A stretch of 64,000 nt of DNA, from NCBI GenBank assembly GCA_964016885.1, contig OZ024740.1, positions 208,940,001-209,004,000 on the forward strand, in the 5' to 3' direction. Position numbers and translations under genes: made by a program. The notes below the pieces were generated by a model that saw only the letters and a list, made by a program, of their open reading frames with translations, did no database searches and was not told where the DNA came from. Origin of the DNA: Eledone cirrhosa (taxonomy: Eukaryota). Below, piece by piece: positions 39,340 to 53,769 of the stretch (positions are counted from its first letter, which is position 1; each line of letters begins with the position of its first letter).

Positions 39340-40646
39340 AAGAATGGTATTTAACTAATGTATTGGTACGCGATGGGGCCCACCCACGGCCCCGGTGGAC
39401 AGAATGGAGAAGGCGTTTCCCCGGAAGACGGCAAGGGAGACGCGCTGGAAAAGCCACTCCAACTCGCGGTGCTCACACCTGCGGCTGGCCAGCTCAGCAC
39501 CTATGGTGGTGAGTAAGGAGGTAGCCCTGGGGCCGAGGACACCAGAAGTTTCCACTGCCAGAGGAACGACCGCAAACCTGTCGGAGAGCGACCGGTATTT
39601 GAGGAGTTTGGCCCCCTCAGCCCGACGTGCAGCAGAACCTGGGTCAGTCGCAGACTGCACCAGATTGCGGCTGCAGAAAGTTTCGGTGCAAGTGGCATCC
39701 CAGACGAGGGGTTTGCCACCGCGAAACGGGAAGATGGTCATGCCATCTGGCCTTTTGCCGTCCCCTCGATCCAGCCCCACCGGCTCGAGCTGGGAAGGAA
39801 AGCCTGCAGCGTCCAAGCCATGCTTAATGACCTCGTTGAGGGCAGTATGGCGTGGAATGCAGCCGGCACTGTGGCGACAGAAAAGCGGGTGGAGGCGGAA
39901 AGAGTCCACGGTGGAACCACAGCGACATTGGTGTGGCTGGCAGATCCGGAGGCCGAGCCTCAGGGAAACGCCGATTCGCAGACTATGGTTGTCTAGCTGC
40001 GAGCCAGTGGAGAAGAAGGGCAGAGCATGGAGCCAGGCACCACTGTGGGGTTTGGAGGCCGCACGAAAACAAGCAAGGCGGTGCTGGTCGAGCTGGCGCG
40101 TGAGCCTGTCTGCGGCCAGGCTGCACTGGATGGCATCCCAAGTGCGTTGGGGGGACTTGACGTCAACAGGGGGAGAAGGAGGAGGGACGTCTACTGGGCT
40201 AAGTCCAGGCCGGTCCCACGTCTCACAGGAAGCCTCACGTTCTCTGAACACAGAGGGTTCTGTTGTGTTTTGAAGAACCCTGCTGACGAGGACGCGGCAC
40301 GAGGTTACCGACGAAAGATACGCCGGCAAAGCTAGTGAGATCGGGGACCGGAGGCCTAGGCCGCCATACCTGACCGGTAAAGTGGCCGGTTGCCACCCTA
40401 TGTCGTCAAACTTGACGTTGCATATTCCCTCGGCTGCTGCTCGGATACAAGTATCGAGGCCAGCGAGGAGAGATTTCTGGGTGTAGCATGGAGCGCTGCG
40501 GAGTGTATAGAGGAGTTTCGGCATGGTGAAGCAGTTCCTCAGCAGAAAGAGAGCTGGGTGGCCGTCAATCAAGCCCAGTCGGCTCGTGTGAGTCTGGAGC
40601 TGTTGAAGCCTGGACCTGATGGTGGAGCGGAGGGCCGGCGGGTGGT
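39340..40646 (-). mobile_element. CRE-clade RLE non-LTR element, 5'-truncated
   Basis: LPVRYGGLGL, SGAWLHALP, C.CG...H...C...RH..LN, DGKRPDG..IFPF..GKPLVWDATC. Confidence 0.85.
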
Positions 40647-40722
40647 TCACCGAAGTTAAGCAACGTAGAGCCTAGTTAGTACTTAGATGGGTGACCGCTT
40701 GGGAAACCTTGGTGCTGTAAGC
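40647..40722 (+). pseudogene. 5'-truncated 5S rRNA pseudogene (3' about 76 nt)
   Basis: tcaccgaagttaagcaacgtagagcctagttagtacttagatgggtgaccgcttgggaa...gtgctgtaagc matches the 5S box A/box C region and 3' end. Confidence 0.88.
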
Positions 40723-40724
40723 AT

Positions 40725-40998
40725 TATTAACCCTTTCGTCTGAAGACTGCCATCCTACTCCTACCCTAATATTTCGTCCGCCTCTTGGTCCCCGCCGACA
40801 GGATGGAGAGGGCATTGACCCAGCGGGCGGCGAAGGAGTAGCGCTGCTACAGCCACTTCACCTCGCGCGGCTTGCACCCGCGGGCACAACTCCGTTCCGA
40901 TAGCAGTGAGTAGGATTGTGGTCCGGGGCCCACGAACGCCGGAGGTCTCCACTGCTACAGGCTCAATCACAAGCTTATCGGAGAGCGACCGAGACTTT
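40725..40998 (-). mobile_element. Short 3' fragment of a related CRE element
   Basis: SLSDKLVIEPVAVETSGVRGPR, homologous to the 3' end of 39355-40650. Confidence 0.75.
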
Positions 40999-41599
40999 GA
41001 TTATCATTTACTTAACACAGTACACTAATAATTATTGATGTAAATGAGAATTTATAATCTCAGTAAAAAAGGTGAATTATTCGAAGCAGTCGTCAGTAAA
41101 ATACCCCTAGAAACGGAAGAAAGAGCGCAGAAGCCGCTACGGAAGATCGAACTCTGTATATCTCTGAATTTCGATCGAGTACTTTTACAATTAAGCTCAG
41201 AGAGGACTACCAACTAATCCTCTTAAGTCTAGTTGCTATATTAAACAGCTTGCCGCCTTGTGCTAGATATAAACGTTATAACTGTAATCACAGCCGATTG
41301 CTATGAATAATAGCATAGAAAATCAAGAGATACAGGGTTCGATTCTCCGTCATTTTTTCCCGTCTATAAGGCTATTATTTATAGCGATCAACTGTTGTTA
41401 CAGTTATTGTATTTGGGATTCTCACATTTTCAAAATTTCGAATAACCCAGCGCTTCGATAATTCATAAGTTGTATATGGATAACAGACTATATATATATG
41501 TATGTATGGGTGTATGTATGTATGTATGTTATCTCTTTCTCTTAATTTCGAGTATATTTTTTTTGACCGGCCACCTTCCTGGTGGCAAGGTTGTAAAAA

Positions 41600-42455
41600 A
41601 AAAGAAATTGTCATCCCTTGAATCGCAAGAATGTTTTGCAAATTTTGAAGGTGCCAGCTATCGCGGCCATTTGTAGACTATGAATTAGGGAGCTGCGTTT
41701 TTTGTCCGCAAATCCAAGTTCAGTCATACTTTGGTCCAAGCGGGTTGGTATATAACCCGTAGCTCCAATAATGATGGGTATGAAGCTAAAGGTGCATCTT
41801 GGATACTGGATTTGTAAACTCCTCATCAATGGTCCGTAGATGTCCTCCTTCTCCTATATTTTTCTGACAACGTTTACATCAAGTGGGCAGCTGATCTCCA
41901 CAACAGAACACGTTTTGAATGTGTGGTCCCAAACAACAATATCAGACCGGTTGTGCTTTAATTTGGTGGCAGTTTTTATTTTCAGGTTCCACCAGTATTC
42001 CTTAGTGCCATCTGTCTCAATATATTCCTCCTCGTTTGTTGTTAATTTTGTTTTCCGAAGTGCGTTCCAGATGGTTCTAGCTATCCCATCGTGTCTCATG
42101 GGGAGGTAGTAGCGAGATGACATTCTTTCGCAGCTGGCAACAATGTGGCTTACATCCTCGATCTTTGTTTTACATAGCCTACATTTATTGTCAGCTGCTG
42201 GCCCTCCTCTTTTGTGCAGCAGATATTTGGTAGGGAGTTCTTGTTCCTGTATTGCATAGAGATATCCCTCAAGGTGTGATGTCATAAACTTGTCGGAACT
42301 CCATGCCAGGCTTTTTGAGTGGTTTATCCCCTCTATGGTCTGTGTTTTACGTCTCAAGTATCCATGCACAACTTTTTCTGTAAATTGGTCAATTTTTTGG
42401 GGGGACCTCATTACACAATTTTCAACCGACATCAAAATGAAATTTGGTGAGTCCA
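41600..42455 (-). mobile_element. RLE non-LTR 3' fragment (related to 23945-24305)
   Basis: AIQEQE, CRLCK..IEDVSHIVASC, RHDGIA, DIVVWD...VVEISCP. Confidence 0.8.
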
Positions 42456-42536
42456 AGTGTGTATGTATGTATGTATGTATGTATGTATGTATGTATGTAT
42501 GTATGTATGTATGTATGTATGTATGTATGTATATAT

Positions 42537-42950
42537 CCGGGAGAGATGACCCCTTAGCCTTTGTCAAGGCAGAATTCTAGGAGAAGGAAAACTCTGATAT
42601 AGCACCTGCAACCCTGATGGTATCCAATGATGTTGACGTGTTCTTCTTTTTGGTAAATATCATCTTGGTTAAGAGAGTGGGACTGGCTTTGTGCAGTGCC
42701 TTTGCTCACTATAAAAGCTTCACGGCACAGGCATTGCTTTATATCTGGAGATGTCTCTGCACTTGTCATCACATGGTACATTGGGCCCAGCACTATGTGT
42801 CAGTAATTGTCACAAGTGTAGTGTTTGTACCAAAGTTTTCAAGTCGCTGGCTGGACTAAAAAGTCACACTCGTTCAGCGCATCGGTAGGGGTTCTCCTAC
42901 ATGGATATAAAGTAGTGGCCGTACTCGAAAACAAGTTGGCAGCCACCATG
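42537..42950 (+). mobile_element. Second, 5'-shorter copy of the bipartite RTE derivative
   Basis: Near-identical to 34378-34790; (TATG)n on both sides. Confidence 0.75.
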
Positions 42951-43049
42951 TATGTATGCAAATAAGCAAGTAGGCCAGTCAAATACATAAATCTAGACGT
43001 AGATATACCCAGAACAAACACAAAGTAATTATTGAATACCCTATAGTAA

Positions 43050-43220
43050 AATAATTGTTTCTACTTTTGGCACAAAGCCAGAAATTACTCAGTGCATTAC
43101 TGGTACTTTATTTTATCGACCCCATAAGGATGAAAGGCAAAGTTAGCCTCGGCGGGATTTGAACGCAGACCGTAAATGACCGTACCTCTCTGCTGCAAAA
43201 CATGGCGTCCGATCTTCTAA
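43050..43220 (-). mobile_element. tRNA-derived SINE
   Basis: Family core and 3' end. Confidence 0.8.
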
Positions 43221-44140
43221 TACACTCAGAAAACAAAGCCAACAATAAACAAGACATCTAGTGGATAAGACGATCGAATTCCAACCGAACTGCAAACATT
43301 TCGCAATATTTTAAACGTTCTTTACCCATCCATTAGATTCCCGATAAAAACCCAATGAGAAAGCACTATCATTTTGGGACATTCTCATAAAATTCTGTAA
43401 CACCAGAATTACAAGAGACATATTTTACAAAAAGACAGGACGCACTAGTATTTGTATTTTTATTCATGTCACCCAACACACATCAAACAGAACATTCCAT
43501 ACTGCATGGCGAGACGAATGTGAGTACAAACAACAAACATATCTCTTGAATGTAATAGACAACGGGAGTAGACAAGCAAAGAAACTTGATATAGCTAACC
43601 TTAGAAATCCTAGACAAAATGTTGTGGAAAATATTTTGTTAGTCAACACTTTTGATCCAGGAGTACCAAACATATTTGTCACCATTAAGGTAAACCTGTC
43701 GATCTTGTTCTAAAGCAAAAAATAAAGACCCAGTGAAAGAAACCTCAATCATGAACAGCAAACGCTAACCAAAGAGCTTAATAAAAAAATCTCACAAAGA
43801 TAAAATTTACATAAAAGAGACAGCAGGTGTGTGACATGTAATAACTATTTTAAATAAATGCAGAAATGAATAACAGAAAGTCTAATATATTGTATAGTTT
43901 GTCTGGACTACAAAGAGAATTATAACAGTCAGCTGGGTAACTGTTTAAAGAGTTGGATTATACAAACAACAGATGTTGGAACTAAGGAAAATCTCAGTAA
44001 GTGAACATTTAGAAATCCGCGGGAACAACAAATTCAAAATATTACCTTTTTATACATGTTAAAGGGAAGGTCTAAAGTATGGACAAGAAAGAGAAATATT
44101 TAATTTAAAAATTCGCTACGAAAATAAACTATAACAACTC
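43220..44140 (+). pseudogene. Highly decayed PLE (RT thumb to GIY-YIG)
   Basis: DIFYKKT...YLYFYSCHPTHIKQNIPYCMARRMC; LIYCIVC; FKILPFY. Confidence 0.6.
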
Positions 44141-44326
44141 TACTTAAAGTGATGCAAAATTACACACAGGGAACTTGCGGTTTGATTACCATTTTAACAA
44201 CAACTTACTTTATGTATTGGGAAATCTCGTGAAAGACGAACGTGCTAGGTTCTAATTTAAATAATGTTTTATTATAGTTTTTGATCCAAGTGATAAACAG
44301 TGTTTTATTACTTCTGACAATTATAC

Positions 44327-44406
<80 letters not shown>

Positions 44407-44644
44407 ATTTGTGTTTGACTTGAGATATCTTGGGGATTCTTTATGGAGAGGCGGAAGAATAGAATTTCGACTCCAACTATCACGTAAATTTCTCAACCAG
44501 TGACCAATCGGATGACGGTGTTTTGATGACGCGGAGGGATTTCAGTTACTAATGTACTACTGTTTCGCCTATCGCATTTAATGCCATAGGCGGCACGGAC
44601 TGCAATCGAATTGTGTCGATCGATTGGTTATTGATTAGGCGAGA

Positions 44645-44755
44645 CCCGCTGAAGAAGCCACATGCGCCGATTATGCATTGTTGCATAATGCATGCAGACA
44701 ATAGATGCTGTACGCTCTCTTGCTGCATTTAGTGTGGCCGAAACTCAAGTACGAG
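44645..44755 (+). ncRNA. Hammerhead motif with extended stem II
   Basis: CCCG-CTGAAGA-AGCCACA...TGTGGCC-GAAA-CTCAAG-TA-CGAG. Confidence 0.6.
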
Positions 44756-44914
44756 CATAGATTTATGGCACCCTTTAATGTGTGTTGTATTGGGGCAATT
44801 AGCTTTGTGTCTACCCTGGGATTTTTACATAAGCTTACCTATTGAGTACGCTGAGAGGCAACCGGTACTAGCACGAACACCTTATGCTAGTCCCGTCAAC
44901 TTATTATTATTATT

Positions 44915-45125
44915 AATTGGCAGTACCGGTAGAAAGTCGGATGCCATGCTTTGCAGCATAGACTTACGACCCTTTATGATCTGAGTTAAAATCCCACCGA
45001 GGTTAATTTTGCCTTTCATCCTCACGAGGTCGATAAATTAAAGTACCAATCACGAACTGGGGTCGATTTTAATCAACTTTCCCCTCCCCCAAAATTGCTG
45101 GCCTTGTGCCTATAGTAGAAATCAT
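44915..45125 (+). mobile_element. tRNA-derived SINE
   Basis: Family head, core and 3' end. Confidence 0.8.
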
Positions 45126-45192
45126 CATTATATATATATATAATATATATATGTGTGTGTGTGTATATGTGTATGTATATGTGTGTGTATGC

Positions 45193-45253
<61 letters not shown>

Positions 45254-45276
45254 CATGCATACATACATCTATATAT

Positions 45277-45331
45277 ATTTCTGATGATTACATACGAACA
45301 TACGGATGAAACAGTTCTACTATCGTAGAAG
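45277..45331 (+). ncRNA. Degenerate hammerhead motif
   Basis: CTGATGA...GAAAC...GTA-GAAG, followed by a tail with TTGAGTACC. Confidence 0.45.
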
Positions 45332-45538
45332 TCATTTCTAATATATATAATAAAGATGCCAATACTCTACCAATGTATTGAGTACCTTCTTTTTCTGTGG
45401 TTACCCCCCGCCCCCCTCTACAACTGGGAATCTAAATATTATATATATATATCGGGTCGTCAAGTATGAAATTTGTAGAAATTTGTTTTTTTCTGCAAAT
45501 TTCTAGAAATTTCATACTTGGCGACCCGATATATATAT

Positions 45539-45585
<47 letters not shown>

Positions 45586-45602
45586 ATATATATATTATAT
45601 AT

Positions 45603-45695
<93 letters not shown>

Positions 45696-45740
45696 GTGAA
45701 TATAATGTACACCATTTTACCAGGGGGAAAAAATACTGGT

Positions 45741-45785
<45 letters not shown>

Positions 45786-45824
45786 CACACACACATACAC
45801 ACGCGTACATCAACATACAAAGAG

Positions 45825-45868
<44 letters not shown>

Positions 45869-45981
45869 TTCTCCGTATAAGACAAAAGCTGAAAAATATC
45901 TTTTGACATGCTAAAATACCCCCCATTGCTTTCAGACACATTCTTACTGACCATCCCTGCCACCACAAATTACTCTGCTAT

Positions 45982-46067
<86 letters not shown>

Positions 46068-46142
46068 ATCTTAATAGCCATTTGACACACAACGCTGCTA
46101 ACCATTATCACAACATCGAACACCTTACTACTACTACTACTA

Positions 46143-46214
<72 letters not shown>

Positions 46215-46239
46215 TTGTTGTGAAAGAGTCATTTCTCAA

Positions 46240-46456
46240 TCTTGGCGCAAAACCAATTTTTTATTCACATGACCTCTACCGACCAATCAAAATTGTTTTG
46301 ACCACAAGAATTTTTGCTGGAGCCACTTTTTTAACATAAAAACAGTCTTGGCGCAAAATCAATTATTACATTCACATGACCGATACCAACCAATCAAAAT
46401 TGTTTTGACCACAAGAATTTTTGCAAATTGGAGCCACTTTTTTAACATAAAAACAG
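46240..46456 (+). repeat. About 107-bp tandem duplication
   Basis: tcttggcgcaaaa...accaatcaaaattgttttgaccacaagaattttt...aacataaaaacag twice. Confidence 0.85.
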
Positions 46457-46701
46457 GTAGAATTCCCAAAACTAATCAGATCAGAGCAAACAGCACGGAC
46501 ACTCTATCTCAAAATTATTTTTGAAAAGCATTTAGAAATGCGCAACCGGTAAAAACTTAAAAACTTAAAACCACAACTGAATACTAACCCATACAATCAC
46601 TAATACTCTTTTATTCCTAATTAAACCATTTTTCAACTGTGAACAATTTGTCAGCATTTTCTATTCCGTTTACCAATATATATATATATATATTATAATA
46701 T

Positions 46702-47277
<576 letters not shown>

Positions 47278-47450
47278 GATAAATCTACCAAGAGTTTACG
47301 GTAGTGTCCAATCCGTATGAAGAACTCAATGTAATCCGGATATCATGGAAAGAAGAGATGCAATGAAAAATCACTTTCGGTGAAAGATAAACGGAATACA
47401 GAGTCAAGATAAAATATTAAAAAAATAATATATTTTTAAATATAGAAAAG

Positions 47451-47492
47451 CTTCTACTAGTACTGTTTCATTCGTGAGAAATCATCAGGAAG
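47451..47492 (-). ncRNA. Minimal hammerhead motif
   Basis: Minus strand CTTC-CTGATGA-TTTC tcac GAAT-GAAA-CAGTACTAG-TA-GAAG. Confidence 0.65.
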
Positions 47493-48268
47493 CCCCTAGT
47501 CCTGTAGAAGCTTTTCTATATTAAAACATTTATAATCTGCTATGTATTGAGTACCTTACTTACTGTGGTTACTCCTGATTGAACCCGGAATAACTTATAT
47601 ATATATATATAAGAGAGTATTGAAGTTTGCTTGAAGCATTGTGGAATAATAAGGTAAATTTCTTTAAGTCGTTTGGAAGCCTCGCCAATGCAGATGGGTA
47701 AATCTCCGGGTAACAAGATCCGGTGGTGGAGAGAGAGATGTAAGTGGGTGTACGTTGAGATGCGTGGCGTGTATAAGACTGTAGCGTGTAGAGGAATGAA
47801 GGAAAGAGCGTAAAGGATAAAAATAAAAATAACAACACGAGATAGAGTTACCTTGGGAGAGATTTAATTGTCCCTATATATTTCGGATTCACATCCATCA
47901 ACTGTGGTTTTTTCCGGGGGGGGGGGGAGGTTGTCTGTCGGAAAGGTGCGAAACGTGTCCCCCGCTGTTCGTTGTTTTGAATATCTGAGGTATTCAGCAG
48001 AGCGCGCGTGCGCGTGAAATGGGGTCGGTCAAGCAGAGGTCAGCGGCCGAAGTAGTTCTTTCAATTGTGGGAGTGGGGTGGCACTAGCTGTCAGTCCATA
48101 GTATTGTCTGCCTGTTTGGTGAATGTTACTGTGTGTGTGTGTGTGTGTGTGTGCGTGTGTGTGTGTGTGTGTGTGCGTGTGTTGTTGTCTCGCTTGAGTG
48201 TGTGTGTGCGTGTGTTGTTGCCTTGTTCCTTTGTATTGGCAGTGTAGTATGTTCGTATGGTGGAATGC

Positions 48269-48346
<78 letters not shown>

Positions 48347-48367
48347 GTTGCTGCATCGTTTGTTAAC

Positions 48368-48940
48368 TTAAACCAACCACCTCATTTCGCTTCTCTCGGA
48401 TCGGTTGTTTAATTGTGGCCCTAGGCGTTTGATCCAAAGTGCTTCCTTGATACGTAATGTGCCGACGTTTCTTTCTGTCGCTAGAATTGTGACAATGGGC
48501 CTTCCGTCTTTGTTTCCGCATTTTGCTATGTGTTTCCGGAAAGACGAGGCCCTGGTGTTAGTGTGCTCCTTGATCCGGATGTGCAACGGCCGGATTGTGC
48601 TACCTATATAGTATTGGTTGCACTTGTTACATTCTATCTTATACACGACGTGTGTGCGTAGGCAACAGTTCGCATGGCGCATCGGGCAGTCTCTGAGGGA
48701 GCATGCGTCAGTTGATTTCCTGGGTTTCTTGGAGTGGCATCTTCGAAGGGAGGGGTCCAAGTGGGCCAGGTGGATGTCGAGGCCCTCCCCCCGTATAGCC
48801 TTGCGGATAGCGTTGGTGGTATTCTCGCACAGGTGTGGCATTTTAAGGAAGCACTTGCCTTGGGTGCCTCTCTGTCTCTTGTGTCTGGTGTCTCCTACTT
48901 TGTCTGTGAGCGAGGTAGGGTACGCGTTCGTCTCCAGCAC
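48368..48940 (-). pseudogene. PLE C-terminal linker + GIY-YIG fragment
   Basis: VVYKIECNKCNQYYIGSTIRPLHIRIKEH...IKEALWIKRLGPQLN. Confidence 0.85.
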
Positions 48941-49429
48941 CTATATATACATATATATAAATATATATGAATATATATATAGTCTCTCTCTCTATATATA
49001 TAATGTATATATGTATATATACATAGTCTCTCTCTATATATATATAATGTCTGTACACAATACTAAACGTTACAAAACCAAATTTCCAACATATTCATGT
49101 AAATAATCATTCTAAGTCGACTTCTTGTAGGTTAATATAGATAATTCCTGTATTTAGAGATAATCTTTCTTATAAAATAAATAGTGACCTGGATAAATGA
49201 ATTGCATAATTTTACACTGTTAATAGCATTTCACATCCCACCACTTGATAGTGGGAATTAAGGATTTATAGATTTGATTTGGAATAGCAATCGCTGGATT
49301 ATTCATTTGATCAAATGGTAGTCATCAAACGTTTAGTCATTGTGGACAGTAGAGAGGAAATCCCGAACATGTTGCAGTTTGCCTACGGCTGTGAATTTGT
49401 AAAACAATAATCTATTGATTTCCATACTA

Positions 49430-49685
49430 AATTTTGAATGTTTTTATTTATCATCGAACATTACACACGTTTCGCAGATGACTGGCTCAAGATCCGTATA
49501 GGTGTAATGGACCTGACTGCTATATCGATCGGCTCATCGGACGAGGTGATATTTGTTTTAGCCGAATCACCACGTCTAATGAGCCGATCTATATTGAAGT
49601 ATGGTCCATCACACCCATACGACCCATGTGCCAATCATCTACGAAACGTGCGTAACGATCGATGATAAATAAAAATGTTCAAAGT
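49430..49685. repeat. Old imperfect palindrome with degenerate long-stem-II hammerheads
   Basis: CTAATGA...GAAACGTGCGTA (+) and CCGATGA...GAAACGTGTGTA (-). Confidence 0.55.
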
Positions 49686-49977
49686 GAAACTTCTTTGTGT
49701 AAAACTTTATATATATATATATATATATTTGAAAATTAGGTAATAACATGTGCTTACGCCGTATTTGACTAAATAGAATTAGTCTGTTGTGATTTTTAAA
49801 AAAACCCTCTGAATGGAAAAATGGAAGAGTATTGATGTACATGGAACACAAAACATATCTTTGGTTTGCCGTACCAATGTGTTACCATTACTCCAACACG
49901 CCACCCATGCTTCCTTCCATTCAATTAGAGGCTATGTAACCATAGAAGGTGTATATATATATATATATATATAAATA

Positions 49978-50261
49978 AGGAGACACAAAGCAGGCTTTGT
50001 TTAGAAATGGCTAGCGAATCTGAAAATTAGGCAGTAACATGTGCTTACGCCGTATTTGACTAAATAGAATTAGTCTGTTAGTTGGGATGTGGGTTCATGT
50101 CCCATGTACGTCAATACTCATCCTTTTTTCCATTCAGAAGGTTTTTTAAAATCCAAACTAACAGACTAATTCTATTTAGTCAAATACGGCGTAAGCACAT
50201 GTTACTACCTAATTTTCAAATTCGCTAGTTGTTTGTAAACAAAACATGCTTTGTGTCTCCC
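49978..50261. repeat. (TA)n-flanked element with about 105-bp terminal inverted repeats; partial third copy at 49730-49850
   Basis: ggagacacaaagca...tagtctgttagt and its reverse complement. Confidence 0.75.
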
Positions 50262-50394
50262 TATATATATATATATATATTTATTAAAATAACAGATTAA
50301 AGTTTAAGCAAAGAATCGGTGCTTTCACCTTTAACGGGATCTTCTGAAACTTATCGAGCCCTCTTTGGATTTTAGTCTTCAAATTTATTATTAT

Positions 50395-50496
<102 letters not shown>

Positions 50497-50664
50497 TGGA
50501 GTTAAATCCATACCTTCCATAGGGGACCTTGAGCCAATCATCAGTGAAACGTACGTAACAGGTCGATAATTAAGCATGTAGACGAAACTTCATTTTTATA
50601 TGCATTCTATCTGTGCATCGAATGCTCATATTGGTACCACTACCATTAGTTCACAGAATCGCCT

Positions 50665-50771
<107 letters not shown>

Positions 50772-51139
50772 TATCTAAATATTGTCTCTTCTTCTAAGTG
50801 GAATTCTAAAGACGGATGTCTGGTTCGTTGGTTAAGGAGTAATGCTTTTTTTCGTTTGTGTATTTATCCTGCCCCACATGTATTGTAACCCCTAGTATAT
50901 AAAGTCTATTATATTTTAAATGCGAGCTCTTATGGATAATAAAAAGTCATTGTTACCACAACCACCACCATCACCACCACCATCACCACCACCAGCACCA
51001 CCTATACTATAGGAGGGGGCCATAACTTTGTTGACAGTACTTTCCTTGGTAAGTGGGCTGAATATGCTGGAAATTTGATGTTGTAACTCTGGATTGTGTA
51101 GATGTTCATGCTGCTTTCGATATGGTTTCTGAGCATTCA

Positions 51140-53580
51140 CGAGTCCTAAAGGTCATTCAGTCGCCTCTGGGATTATTTCGGCCTTCGTGTTCCACATTCT
51201 GCGTATTTTCATTTCATCATCTCCAGGTTTCTACACTTTGTTAACCTCTCAGAGACTTTCACAGTGGTGTTTCTTTTGGATGATATTGCTGTGTTGGCCA
51301 CTATGCAAGCCTTATCCTTCCCGTCCTTGATAATGATGTCAAGCATCTTGGGCTTCATTTACCTATTTGTATGGAAGAACATGTTCTAAAGAATGAAGAT
51401 ATCGTTGTTGTCAGTGACCGCGTTTGGCTGGTGACCATACCAGATCTCAGTTGTCTTCATTTTGTAACTTCTACATATCTTCCAGTACTGCCTTGTTACA
51501 CCTATTCCTGTATTCGGGTTTCGCTAGTTCCTTGTACAATGTGATCGATGTGATCAATGGTTTCTTCATAATTACCACACTACCAGAATTGTAGTGATTG
51601 GGTCTAGTTTCGAAACTCTGGTCCTGCGCAGCGATTATCAGTCCAGTACTGTTTAGCCATTGGTGTGTCTTAGTTGATTAACATCTGTTTCTTGCATCCT
51701 TTTGGGGTACTTTCCATACGTTACCTATCCTCTCGGATTTTCTGCATTGGCAGCTGGCCTTGCAGGTTGACCATCTGTTTCGCTCACTTCACGTAGGTGG
51801 TAGTCAACTCGTTTAGTTTTTTTTTTGTTGTTTTTTTATCCGTAGGGATTTGGGGACATGAAGATCCTTCAATTGTACACTTTCTTTACGGAGTAAATTC
51901 AATGTTTTACAATTCAGAGGAATTGCTGCCGGTATGCGTTCAGCCCAATAGGAGCACTGTACCTAATAATGATTTCTAGTATAGGCACAAGGCCAGCAAT
52001 TTTTTTTTTTTGGGGGGGGGGGGTCGATTTAATCGACCCCAGTACGTTACTGCTGCTTTATTTTATCGACCCCGTAAGGATGAAAGGCAAAGTTAAACTC
52101 GGCGGGATTTGAACTCAGACCGTAAAGGAACATAACTCTATGCTGCAAAGCATGGTGTCCGACTCTCTACCGATACTGCCAATCCACCGCCCTTATACCT
52201 AATAATAGACACGGCTCGGGAATTTATTGCACTGATGGCATTCAGATGTGATTTTATTTCTTTCCTTACTCTCCTTATGTATTCAGATCTTATCTTCATT
52301 TTATTGTCCTTGGTCTTAATTTCCTCCGGAACACCCAAATACCTATATCCCTCTTCGATGTCGATCTCTTTTATCCTCCCACCCGTTGGTACCTCGATTC
52401 CTTTGCTTCTCTTCAATTTACCTTTCATCATCACTAGGACTCCACACTTATTAACACCAAATTCCATATATACATCATTGCTGAAAATACGGACAGTGTT
52501 AACAAATACATCCAACTCTTTCTCGTTCTTCCCGAAGAGTTTTAGATCGTCCATGAAAAAGAGGTGGTTGATGTCAAGCTCTCCTCTTCCCAGTTCGTAT
52601 TCTACCTTCACTCTTTACAATACGAGGGTAAGGACAAACAATAAAGGAGAAAGACTATCTCCTTGGTTTTCTATCTCTTGATTTTCAGTATTCCCAAAGA
52701 TTTTCCTCCTGGTGTTAAATCTGTCTCCCAATTTTTCATGTTAATAATAGCAGTATGCTGTTGTCCGCCACCTTGAATATTTCTAGGCACTTGGTTATTC
52801 AAGAATGAGGAACCATGTCGAATGCCTTCATGTAAACCAGTATACCTCCTCTTGCAGTTCCTTATTATCATCTTGTCAATAAGTAACTGGTCTTTTGTAC
52901 CACGGGACTTCTTTTGGCATCCTTTCTGTTCCTCCAGCAATAGGTTGTTTATGTCAAGGTGGTGGTAGATTTCCTTAGACATAATGCTTGTTAACAATTC
53001 CTGCATCAAGGACAGACATGTGATAGGCCTATAGTTGGTAACATAATTTCCCTTGGCTTGCTCTTTCATTATTAGCGCCGTGGTACCTTTTGTCAACCAC
53101 TACGGCACTTCACCCGACATCAAACAATCATTGAACATGGCCGTCAGTATCGGGTGGAGAGACGTTATATTTTTAGTCCAATATCCTTGCACACCATTCG
53201 GGCCTGGTGATTTCCAGTTGGTAAAGTTATTGGCCTGCTTTTTAAGGGTTTCAACCAAGATATTCAAGTCAGGTTGTTGGTATGTTTGTTCATTAATCTC
53301 CTTTTTAACAGTCTCAATCCACTCAGCCCGACTATTATGCTCAACATCCTGCCCCCAAATCCCTCTCCAAAATGTGTTGGTCTGTTCAACATCAGGAATA
53401 GCATCGTTGCCTCTTTCTTTCCCTTCAAGCTGTTCAAATAACATATTCTAGTTGTTGTCAAACATTAGGTTTTGTCTATACTGGTTAACTCTGCTCTCAT
53501 ATCTTTTGATTTTTGCACTTTTAGCTATGACATGTTGTTTTAGTTCCTCTATTACAACATTTAGCCCTTTATTTTCTGTG
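51140..53580 (-). mobile_element. Decayed R4/Dong-like RLE LINE (RT to RLE), interrupted by a SINE
   Basis: NWKSPGPNGVQGYW, NYRPITCL, EEQKGC...GTKDQLLIDK, INHLFFMDDLKL. Confidence 0.85.
51970..52194 (-). mobile_element. tRNA-derived SINE inside the RLE LINE
   Basis: Full family sequence; TSD-like tacctaataat. Confidence 0.85.
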
Positions 53581-53709
53581 GCATTTCTTTGTTAATCTAT
53601 CCATAGTATCTACGTTATTATTATAATAAAGTACCAATCACGCACTGGGGTCGATTTAACCGTCTTTACCCTCCCCAAAAACTGTTGACCTTGTCCCTGA
53701 ATCAGAAAC

Positions 53710-53759
<50 letters not shown>

Positions 53760-53769
53760 ATGTATTTGG

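Noticed and set aside
39395-40273. 292-aa plus-strand ORF and similar antisense ORFs over LINEs
   Set aside because: Shadow ORFs of GC-rich retroelement coding strands
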